DNA of 64,000 nucleotides from a virus. Its lineage: Duplodnaviria > Caudoviricetes. Below, piece after piece: positions 51,229 to 58,743 of the stretch. The position numbers and the translations under genes were made by a program. The notes beneath the pieces were generated by a model, which ran no database searches, had not been told where the DNA came from, and saw only the letters and a list, made by a program, of their open reading frames with translations. Every line of letters starts with the position of its first letter. Position 1 is the first letter of the stretch. Location of the stretch: the IMG/VR virus record IMGVR_UViG_3300031813_000006, positions 59,598 to 123,597 of that record. One strand, given 5' to 3'.

Positions 51229-51567
51229 TTACGTCAAAGTATTAATTAAAAATGTAGTGCCAGTAGCTACATAAGTGATAGCACCAATCTGACCATTACC
51301 AGAAAATGTAATTGATTTACCAGCTGGGAGAGACACTCCTAATACGGTACCTGTGGCAGCACCAACATTTTGAATAGTTACTAATACAGAACCTGCAGCA
51401 ATTGTACCAGTAGATGATGAACTGATCACAGCCGGAGTTCTAACAGTTGGATTTGGTCCACCACCAAGGGTAGATGCAATATCTAATAAACCTGTAAGGA
51501 CTGAGAAGTCAAACTTCCAGTTACTTCCTTTGTTGCCTTCGTTGGCATTTCCGTTACCTAATCCCAT
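51229..51567 (-). CDS. Small structural-type protein
   Basis: 112 aa Gly/Thr-rich beta protein, first gene of the late strand. Confidence 0.55.
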   Translation of the reverse strand: MGLGNGNANEGNKGSNWKFDFSVLTGLLDIASTLGGGPNPTVRTPAVISSSSTGTIAAGSVLVTIQNVGAATGTVLGVSLPAGKSITFSGNGQIGAITYVATGTTFLINTLT

Positions 51568-52068
51568 GATATTAAAATTTAGTTATACTACAATATAAAG
51601 AATTATACCATGGGATGCAAGAGAATAATAAACTTTCTTTAGGTAGCTGGATTCTATACAGGATCTAACTGCGCAGTGTATCTGCACACATGCTTTTACC
51701 TAAGCCTGTTATTAGTTATCTACCTTGTGTAAGAAACTATAATTTTGACAGCATGTCATTCAAAAGAAACATTCGCAAAAAGAATAGGTCGGAAGCACAC
51801 TTCTTACAGAATCCTATATAGACAAAACACCAAACCTTAATTATTACCCTAATCATATCTCCCTTAAGGTATTCACTTTAAAATATTTTTCCAAAAATTT
51901 TGGACTGACTAAATGGCCACAAAAATAGTTTGTATTAGAGAGGGGGGTGGATCCTCCCTGCTCCGCCCCCGGGGTATTCTGCTCTCCCCCTAGGGGGTCA
52001 ATCCTACCTAGAAATGTTTCACCTATTAGGGCCAAAACCAGAAAGCATTCTTTTATGAGCCAGGTAAT

Positions 52069-52091
52069 TGCCCCCGTCATGGTTAATGATA
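52069..52091 (+). promoter_or_regulatory. Repeated early motif TGCCCCCG-N10/11-GATA, copy 1 (others 52592, 53240, 53536)
   Basis: Four co-oriented intergenic copies at the start of the plus-strand module. Confidence 0.65.
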
Positions 52092-52119
52092 TTAGTATTA
52101 TTAATTTAAAACATACAGT

Positions 52120-52182
52120 ATGTATCACAAGAGTTATTGGGTTGACGTTACCACGGGAGTGGTAATGCTTCTATTAGATTAA
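52120..52182 (+). CDS. 20-aa leader-like peptide
   Basis: MYHKSYWVDVTTGVVMLLLD with A-rich leader, between motif copy 1 and a hairpin. Confidence 0.35.
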   Translation: MYHKSYWVDVTTGVVMLLLD

Positions 52183-52191
52183 CAACATTCC

Positions 52192-52220
52192 CCCATTGGG
52201 CACAATGCCCAATGGGTTTT
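52192..52220 (+). terminator. Terminator/attenuator hairpin
   Basis: CCCATTGGGCA-CAA-TGCCCAATGGG perfect 11-bp stem plus TTTT. Confidence 0.65.
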
Positions 52221-52244
52221 ACTATCATTTAAAACTTAAACATT

Positions 52245-52544
52245 ATGAGAAACACAACAGTGGCATTGGATCACTTAAAGACAATCTTTAAAAATGTAGA
52301 GGAACTACAAAATAACGTTCAGGAACAACTAAAGTTGTATCTAACACATTATTGTTATCCACCCATTTTTGATAAAGATGAATTTACTACATTATCTAAC
52401 AATGTAATAAAAGTTATTGAAACATTAGATAATCTTTCAGAGGTTAAGGCTTTAATAGAACGTTACCATCTACTTGAAGAGATAACTGAAGAAGATATGA
52501 AGAATGAAGTAGATCTCAATGCATTTGAGAGTGCTTTTATGTAG
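52245..52544 (+). CDS. Early hypothetical protein
   Basis: 99 aa, A-rich leader, followed by terminator. Confidence 0.6.
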   Translation: MRNTTVALDHLKTIFKNVEELQNNVQEQLKLYLTHYCYPPIFDKDEFTTLSNNVIKVIETLDNLSEVKALIERYHLLEEITEEDMKNEVDLNAFESAFM

Positions 52545-52548
52545 TATT

Positions 52549-52577
52549 AAATAAAGGGGTTAAAACCCCTTTATTTT
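52549..52577 (+). terminator. Terminator
   Basis: AAATAAAGGGGTT-AA-AACCCCTTTATTT. Confidence 0.7.
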
Positions 52578-52644
52578 AAATCCAGAGTAAGTGCCCCCGT
52601 CATTGCTTATGATAATTAATAAATAAACAATTAAAAAAACAATT

Positions 52645-53184
52645 ATGAAAAAATTTGTAACAGCATCATTTGCAGGCATTCATTTGAAAAAAGACAAGGC
52701 TACAGGTAAAATTATTACACCACATGAGGTTGGTGGATATATTTACCACGTTGACCCAGGTCAGAACCCAGCACTTGTAAATGAATTCAGAACTGTGTTG
52801 AAAGCACAGAACAAAGAATTTTACAAGGAAACACCTGATGGATTACCAACGTTCCGAAGTAATGAGGAAGCAGATGGTGAAACTATCTATCTAACAATCT
52901 CTATGAATGGACAATCAGTGTTCATAGATGATACTGAAAGATTGATACAGGAAGCAAGGTTCAAAAGCATCACCCGTAAACCACTTATGTATCAGCAATC
53001 TTACTTCAATGCTAAGGGCGCCGCTGATGTAGAACGTGAAGAGCGTGAGGCAGAGATGAAACGTGAGCAACGCAGAGCACAGATGGCCAATTACTCACAT
53101 TCACAACATGCCCAAACTGCGCAACAACCTAACCCTGCACACGCAGTGTTAGAGGATAGCGCAGACGCTAAACTAGATGAGTAA
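52645..53184 (+). CDS. Early protein, paralog of 53639-54097
   Basis: Shared core and C-terminal VLEDSADAKLDE. Confidence 0.65.
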   Translation: MKKFVTASFAGIHLKKDKATGKIITPHEVGGYIYHVDPGQNPALVNEFRTVLKAQNKEFYKETPDGLPTFRSNEEADGETIYLTISMNGQSVFIDDTERLIQEARFKSITRKPLMYQQSYFNAKGAADVEREEREAEMKREQRRAQMANYSHSQHAQTAQQPNPAHAVLEDSADAKLDE

Positions 53185-53223
53185 AAGAAAGGAGAGCCAG
53201 AAATGGCTCTCTTTCTTTTTTTT
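53184..53223 (+). terminator. Terminator
   Basis: GAGAGCCA-GAAA-TGGCTCTC stem with long T run. Confidence 0.8.
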
Positions 53224-53638
53224 GCGTAGCTACCTTACTTGCCCCCGTCACAGGTAAGATATAGTTGGGAAATAAATAAACGTTAACATATAGTTTATTT
53301 ATTTTATTATAAGTTATATAGTATTAATGCTCTAAAATGCTGGAATCTGTACAGAATCCAACTGATGCCTAATGCTCACCGTAAAAACACTTATTTTTCT
53401 CTCTATTCCAAGTGATATTTTATTAATGCTCTGATTTACAATGAGTTAAGTAAAATGGTCTCCAAAATCCCCGGGAAAACACTTTCTAGTAACAGGGTGT
53501 ATAATGACTTTGTGGATTATCTTCTTTACCTCTCTTGCCCCCGGCTTCGCCGGGATATTTGGTGTCAAATATAAAACCCTGAATATCAATCAGTTAATAT
53601 AAAATAAACAGTTAAACAAATCCAAAAACCAAAAACAA

Positions 53639-54097
53639 ATGAAAGCAATTTTGAAAAGTAGCTACAGAAACAAAAAACGTGAAGTAGCATTTATGTATGT
53701 AGTAACAGGTACACCTGCTGAATTGAAAGCTTACCGTATAGCACAGGGAGAATTCTATGCTGAAGATAAGGTAACTTCTCAACCATTATGGTTTACTAAT
53801 CAAGCACACGGTAGATCTTGTGATCTAATCATCACTGACTCAGGTGTTTACGCTGATACATTAGATGAAGATTTAATGAATGCAGAACTTGCTAAACGTG
53901 TAAACACTGATTCAGGTAAGGAGTTAGCAAAACTTGATGCCGCACAAATCTTTGCCAATCTTAAATCTGGCACTAGACAACGTGCTAGTATCACACTAAC
54001 ACCTGAAAATCAAGCAGTTACAAAAACTGAAGTTGAAGAACCGGTATTAGACAACGGTTCAGATGCTAAATTAGATGATGAAACAACACCGTTTTAA
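53639..54097 (+). CDS. Early protein with SSB-like acidic C-terminal tip
   Basis: Ends DAKLDDETTPF, compare bacterial SSB tip DDDIPF. Confidence 0.6.
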   Translation: MKAILKSSYRNKKREVAFMYVVTGTPAELKAYRIAQGEFYAEDKVTSQPLWFTNQAHGRSCDLIITDSGVYADTLDEDLMNAELAKRVNTDSGKELAKLDAAQIFANLKSGTRQRASITLTPENQAVTKTEVEEPVLDNGSDAKLDDETTPF

Positions 54098-54338
54098 TCT
54101 AATTTGAACAGCTGAAACCGCTGAGAATTGAATAGATGAAGTTAAGCTTGACATTGGTACAGTATAACCAAATGTCAAGCACTTCATTTATTTGATTTTA
54201 CTTTAAGTAAACGCTGTAACTACTTGATTATCCACCCTTTACCCATCTAGTATTTTACTATTAATGCTTTAAAACCAAAAAATCAGCACACTATATAGCT
54301 ACATACTCACTCACGTATCTTCTTTAACTTTTTAAATT

Positions 54339-54566
54339 ATGGATACTAATATTACTTTTCTATCTCCTCTCATAGAGACTCTTGTTATTACTATTGAGTA
54401 TAATCTAGGGATACAAGATAAAGAGAAGATAGTTTGTATAGGAGGTAATGTTAAGATCTCTTATGTTAATAGAAGCTTTCTTTATTACTGTATCTTCCCG
54501 GGCAGTAAAGTATTTAAACCTGTTACCCGCGAGAATTTAATCATTCATCTGTCCCATATTAATTAA
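54339..54566 (+). CDS. Hypothetical protein
   Basis: 75 aa ORF on the coding strand. Confidence 0.45.
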   Translation: MDTNITFLSPLIETLVITIEYNLGIQDKEKIVCIGGNVKISYVNRSFLYYCIFPGSKVFKPVTRENLIIHLSHIN

Positions 54567-54572
54567 CATGTT

Positions 54573-54683
54573 ATGCCGTTACTCATTAATCAACCAAACA
54601 ATAAACCTGATAAACAAGATGTTGTTCTTTACTTCCTTATAGGTATTCTTCTAATATTTATTGTTTACCTTCTATGTAAATGA
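54573..54683 (+). CDS. 36-aa single-TM peptide
   Basis: MPLLINQPNNKPDKQDVVLYFLIGILLIFIVYLLCK. Confidence 0.4.
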   Translation: MPLLINQPNNKPDKQDVVLYFLIGILLIFIVYLLCK

Positions 54684-54786
54684 TAGATTCTTTAGAAAGA
54701 TGATAGTAACGCCGGCCCTGTTTGCAATATTATCCAGTATTCTTATCAACCTTCTCACAAATTAAATAACTAAACACTTAAATCCT

Positions 54787-55146
54787 ATGAAACATTTTGT
54801 TGTAAAATCAATAGTAAATGATGCAGTGGTGTTTTACCTATCAGATGATGATGATGATTCATATGGATGGGGTAATGGTTATGTAGTTGTACCTAAAGGT
54901 CATCCTGCATATGGTAAACACTATGAAGAACTCAATCAAATTATTGATGTTCATGGTGGTTTAACCTTTAGTGCATTAGTAACAGACTCTAGACTTGAAC
55001 ATTTTCCAGATTTATCTTCTGAAGATTTGGGTAAGTGGATGGTAGGGTTTGACACTATGCACTATGGTGATGGTAATTCTTTTGCATCTAAAAAAGATGT
55101 AGAAGAAGAAACATTACGTCTCTTTAATCAATTAAAAGAGATGTAA
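54787..55146 (+). CDS. Conserved phage hypothetical protein
   Basis: NGYV...HP.YG...VHGGLTF...W.VGFD..H..D pattern common in phage early regions. Confidence 0.7.
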   Translation: MKHFVVKSIVNDAVVFYLSDDDDDSYGWGNGYVVVPKGHPAYGKHYEELNQIIDVHGGLTFSALVTDSRLEHFPDLSSEDLGKWMVGFDTMHYGDGNSFASKKDVEEETLRLFNQLKEM

Positions 55147-55262
55147 TTAAAAGGTTTGGTGTTATCCTTAAAACACTAATTACCTATTTTTAAGAGATGC
55201 CATCACAATAAAGTGAGGTAGTTAAGACTTAAAAAATAGGCTTATGTATTTTTTCTTTTGTA

Positions 55263-55400
55263 AAGGTTATGTGTTTGAGTTAAAAACACTTTGCATCTGT
55301 CTAAACTAATCCAGGACAGAATGTATTAAAAACGGCTTACTGTGGTTGCAAACACAGTAAGCAGGATTAGTATGTACTTACTTACATAAACCCTAACCTT
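55263..55400 (+). ncRNA. Predicted multibranch pseudoknotted RNA
   Basis: Closing stem AAGGTTA/TAACCTT, several internal hairpins, loop ACTAATCC complementary to GGATTAGT. Confidence 0.45.
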
Positions 55401-55649
55401 AACCAAGAAAGCGGGCCAAATGGCTTGCGTAACTTATCGGAGATCTATAGTAAGATAGACCTCTATTTTATCAGGCAAAGTAGCATAACCTGATGATATA
55501 ACCATAAGCTTTAATAAGTACGTAATTATGAAAAGCAATGCTATTACAGATTTATCCTGTAAATCTAAACCCACTCCTAAGTGATAAATACTTAGGTTTA
55601 ATAGGAACAAAATAGCATACCTATTAAACATTGAGTTTCTAACACTATA

Positions 55650-55688
55650 CCCCAAGATTCTACTTTTATGTAAGTCTTGGGGTTTTTT
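55650..55688 (+). terminator. Terminator
   Basis: CCCCAAGA...TCTTGGGG followed by TTTTTT, with no ORF directly upstream. Confidence 0.65.
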
Positions 55689-55850
55689 ACTCTAAATCAA
55701 TTTAACTAAACTAAATAACTAACTAACTAAATCCTATAAAAATTCAGAGATTTTATCAATAATCTTGAAAAAAACAAAATTAAGTAATTTTTTGCGTAAG
55801 GTAGCATTATTTGCTACTTTATGCAAATAGTTACTTATTTTTAATTTTAT

Positions 55851-55955
55851 TCAGGTGTGGCGGAATTGGTAGACGCACATAAACGAAGAAAAGTGATGAT
55901 TATAACATTGGTCACTCGTAATGTTATAATACAGGTTCAAATCCTGTCACCTGAA
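55851..55955 (+). ncRNA. tRNA-like RNA with Leu-type D arm and intact T arm but no canonical anticodon arm
   Basis: Acceptor TCAGGTG/CACCTGA, D arm GCGGAATTGGTAGACGC, T arm ACAGG-TTCAAAT-CCTGT; no encoded CCA. Confidence 0.75.
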
Positions 55956-55956
55956 C

Positions 55957-56112
55957 TTAATTAGTGTGTAGATGGAAGCAGGTGTGATAACCGCAATTAA
56001 TGAAAGCAGAGATTACTTTTAGTCTCAGAATAATTAATTTAACGGATAACAACATAAACCAACCATGAAATAGGAGGTATTCATAATACCGTTGAAGATA
56101 CACACTAATTAA
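55957..56112 (+). ncRNA. Stem-enclosed structured RNA adjacent to the tRNA-like element
   Basis: Perfect 14-bp terminal inverted repeat TTAATTAGTGTGTA/TACACACTAATTAA with internal hairpins. Confidence 0.5.
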
Positions 56113-56142
56113 CTAATTATCAATCATTTAAACTAAACAACT

Positions 56143-56370
56143 ATGACACTAGAAGAAATCAAATCAAAGTTATGTTTCTATGATCAAAGGAATCCATATA
56201 CTTTATTTGACCCATGTGAACCAGAATCACAACCTATAGATTGTAGTTGTGATAATTGCTTTTATGACAGAACTGAGCTAGCAGAAGAAATACTTATGCT
56301 AAAAGCAGAGTTATCTACAATACAACAATCATTAAAAAAACATATGTCTAAGCATCAAATAAGGAAATAA
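56143..56370 (+). CDS. Small Cys-containing hypothetical protein
   Basis: LCFYDQRNP...CSCDNCFY motif. Confidence 0.6.
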   Translation: MTLEEIKSKLCFYDQRNPYTLFDPCEPESQPIDCSCDNCFYDRTELAEEILMLKAELSTIQQSLKKHMSKHQIRK

Positions 56371-56371
56371 T

Positions 56372-57055
56372 ATGAAACCAAAATTTAAAATCGGAGATAA
56401 GGTAAGAATAAAAAATAAAACAAAAATTTTCACTATTACTGAAATACCAATAAACCCATTTAGTGGGGAAATAAGATATTTTCTTAATAACTCTACAAAT
56501 ACTTTAGCTGAATTAGAATTAGAATTAGAAGAATCACGCAAAATCATTGGTTACAAAGTGCCATTTGATATATTTAACGGTAGTTGGAAAAAAGGAGAGA
56601 TTGTTAGATTTGAAGATGGATTTTATTGGGATAATTACAGTATTAGAGGCAAGTCAGGAACTGTTCCAAAAGAAATAGCTGAAACATGGGAGCCAGTCTA
56701 TGAAGAAGTAAAAGTAGAAAAACCTAAAACAATCTTTGAGAGAGTTAATTCATTTCAGGATGCTCATGATGAGTTGGGATTAAAATTTAAGGATAGAAGG
56801 TATGCTTCTTACAATTCATTTGATAGACTAAAAATTATCTGTAAAGCATTGAATGAAGGATGGGTAGCTGATTGGAATGATGATAAGCAAGAAAAATGGA
56901 GTTTAGGATATAATACTATAACTAAAGAACTATTTGTTGACTGTAGTTTAAGTTTACTTATAACGCAAAAATCATTATACCTTAAATCAAAGGCATTAGC
57001 AAAACACTTAAGCAAGATTGCAGTAAAAGAGTTGCTAGAGTTTTTCTATAATTAA
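56372..57055 (+). CDS. Multidomain Bacteroidota-phage hypothetical protein
   Basis: KFKIGDKVRI N-terminus; ERVNSFQDA...KIICKALNEGWVADW C-terminal domain. Confidence 0.65.
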   Translation: MKPKFKIGDKVRIKNKTKIFTITEIPINPFSGEIRYFLNNSTNTLAELELELEESRKIIGYKVPFDIFNGSWKKGEIVRFEDGFYWDNYSIRGKSGTVPKEIAETWEPVYEEVKVEKPKTIFERVNSFQDAHDELGLKFKDRRYASYNSFDRLKIICKALNEGWVADWNDDKQEKWSLGYNTITKELFVDCSLSLLITQKSLYLKSKALAKHLSKIAVKELLEFFYN

Positions 57056-57207
57056 TCTAATGTTACCACAATTGAGAATGTACAACTTACAAGAGATTAT
57101 GTATTTCACTAATTAACGTGATTAGCTGAACATATCTAAAATGTCTGAATAATGAAGAATCCTTGATCAGATATTGTGGTAACTATTTTTTAATTTAAAA
57201 TCTTATT

Positions 57208-57309
57208 ATGACAACAGGACATCTAATTATTGAGATTTGCATCATTACATTGGCTATTGTAGCTTTTGTTTATTTAATTAATGGAACAATTAAACTATTT
57301 AAAAAATGA
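57208..57309 (+). CDS. 33-aa single-TM peptide
   Basis: MTTGHLIIEICIITLAIVAFVYLINGTIKLFKK; stop overlaps next ATG. Confidence 0.5.
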   Translation: MTTGHLIIEICIITLAIVAFVYLINGTIKLFKK

Positions 57310-57530
57310 CATCAGAACAAGCAGAGGCTTTATTGTCTGAATTAGAGGACAAATTAAGAAATGATAATTCCAGTGGAGTATCAGATCATAATAAAGTTAT
57401 CATTCTTTTTAAAAATGGACCCGGTGATTTCTTCTATTTCTATGTAGATAGGAATAACTTTTTACAACAAACCGGCAGATTTGAAGCCATTAATCAATTA
57501 TTATTTAAACATAATACTTTAGAAAAATGA
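57306..57530 (+). CDS. Hypothetical protein
   Basis: 74 aa, ATGA-coupled to neighbours. Confidence 0.55.
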   Translation: MTSEQAEALLSELEDKLRNDNSSGVSDHNKVIILFKNGPGDFFYFYVDRNNFLQQTGRFEAINQLLFKHNTLEK

Positions 57531-57712
57531 AATTTATCACAGTATCAATTGGATTATTCTGGTTATTAGTAATAACCGGAGAAATTAAATGTATTGTTAA
57601 AGCGTATAACTGTAATTGGAATCCAATAGGAAAAGCAGAGATTCTTTATACAGGTGGTGCTTTGACCGGATTAGGTTCCATCATAGGATGGTTAGATATT
57701 GAAGATAACTAG
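57527..57712 (+). CDS. Small membrane protein
   Basis: 61 aa with two hydrophobic segments. Confidence 0.55.
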   Translation: MKFITVSIGLFWLLVITGEIKCIVKAYNCNWNPIGKAEILYTGGALTGLGSIIGWLDIEDN

Positions 57713-57999
57713 TCTTTACAATCAGTACTTTAATAAGACAAAAGAAGTTATAATAAAACCCTGGTGGCTACATTATTGTAACAAAGATCCTAAGTAGGAA
57801 CCTTAGTTGATTGTAAGAGGACACAGGCAATCCTTATAAACCTGTTTAGTTTCATTTAACCTTTTAATATAATACTTATGGAAGAATTGGAAATTGTAAT
57901 GTTAAATGTAGAGGATTTTAGCCTCTCTCTTAAAGATTTTGAACAGATGTTAAACAGTTAAATTAAAAAACAAATGAGAAAAAACACACATTATTAGCA

Positions 58000-58179
58000 A
58001 TGGCAGCATTTGCAATGGCAAGTAGTCAAGGAAACGCATTAACTGGTTATAATAGATTTACTGGTTCTATTGGACCAATTTATAATCCTACGGCATCAAT
58101 GGGAACTAACCCTATTTATTCACCAACAAGATCTCAAAAAATTAAAAACAAAATCAGAGAAAGACAAAAGAAATCATGA
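58000..58179 (+). CDS. 59-aa basic-tailed peptide, possibly with a frameshifted 5' end at 57974
   Basis: MAAFAMASSQGNALTGYNRF...KIKNKIRERQKKS; stop overlaps next ATG. Confidence 0.45.
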   Translation: MAAFAMASSQGNALTGYNRFTGSIGPIYNPTASMGTNPIYSPTRSQKIKNKIRERQKKS

Positions 58180-58364
58180 ATTATTTTTCTTCATTATTAG
58201 ATAGGAAATCTTTAGAAGGTTTTGATCTACCGGTTAGTCATTTTGTAGTTGCTAAGTCTAATGCAACATTTAAAAGAATTCAGTCAGAAACTCACAAAAG
58301 AGAAATTTCTGTAAAGAATCAAATTGAATTAGTAAGACAAGATGGTATCTTACGCAGGAGATAA
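58176..58364 (+). CDS. Hypothetical protein
   Basis: 62 aa ORF in operon. Confidence 0.5.
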   Translation: MNYFSSLLDRKSLEGFDLPVSHFVVAKSNATFKRIQSETHKREISVKNQIELVRQDGILRRR

Positions 58365-58743
58365 GTTAAAAGCTGTCCATTCATTCATGGTTTTTCCTTC
58401 TGATTTAAACTATAACAGTAGTTTATTTGGAGGAAAAATCATGGCTGAGATGGATATTGCTGCATTAAAAGTATGTAGACGTGCTTTATATGGAACCAAT
58501 GCTTATACAGCAGTTACTGTGAAATTTGACAGTATAATCTTTAAGAAGGCTGCTTATTCAGGTGATCTTATTACTATGACTGCTGAAATTAAAGCATTTG
58601 GTAAAAGTAGTATTACAGTTAAAATAACTGTTACAAAGGAAAATTCACCTACGGGAGAAGTAGAGGAATTTTGTAAGGGAACTGCAATATTTGTTGCAGT
58701 AGATAAAAATAGCAATCCCGTGCCTCATGGATTATCTTTTTAA
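58342..58743 (+). CDS. Hotdog-fold acyl-CoA thioesterase (YciA-like)
   Basis: VFPSDLNYNSSLFGGKIMAEMD...AVTV...FKK...GD...GKSSI...FVAVD matches YciA family. Confidence 0.85.
   Translation: MVSYAGDKLKAVHSFMVFPSDLNYNSSLFGGKIMAEMDIAALKVCRRALYGTNAYTAVTVKFDSIIFKKAAYSGDLITMTAEIKAFGKSSITVKITVTKENSPTGEVEEFCKGTAIFVAVDKNSNPVPHGLSF

Noticed and set aside
1-51567. Stop-codon reassignment as known in some Crassvirales
   Set aside because: Late genes up to 1842 aa are intact and tightly packed in the standard code
51853-52165. Overlapping 91-aa and 72-aa ORFs at the strand switch
   Set aside because: Likely arise from the GC-rich regulatory tract; weak starts and no protein-like features
52069-53557. CRISPR-like array from the TGCCCCCG repeats
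   Set aside because: Repeats are short, irregularly spaced by hundreds of bases and separated by genes
55434-55655. 73-aa minus-strand ORF
   Set aside because: Opposes the module orientation, starts within a terminator and has no recognisable features
55851-55955. Functional tRNA-Leu or tRNA-Phe
   Set aside because: No 5-bp anticodon stem and no U33 can be formed
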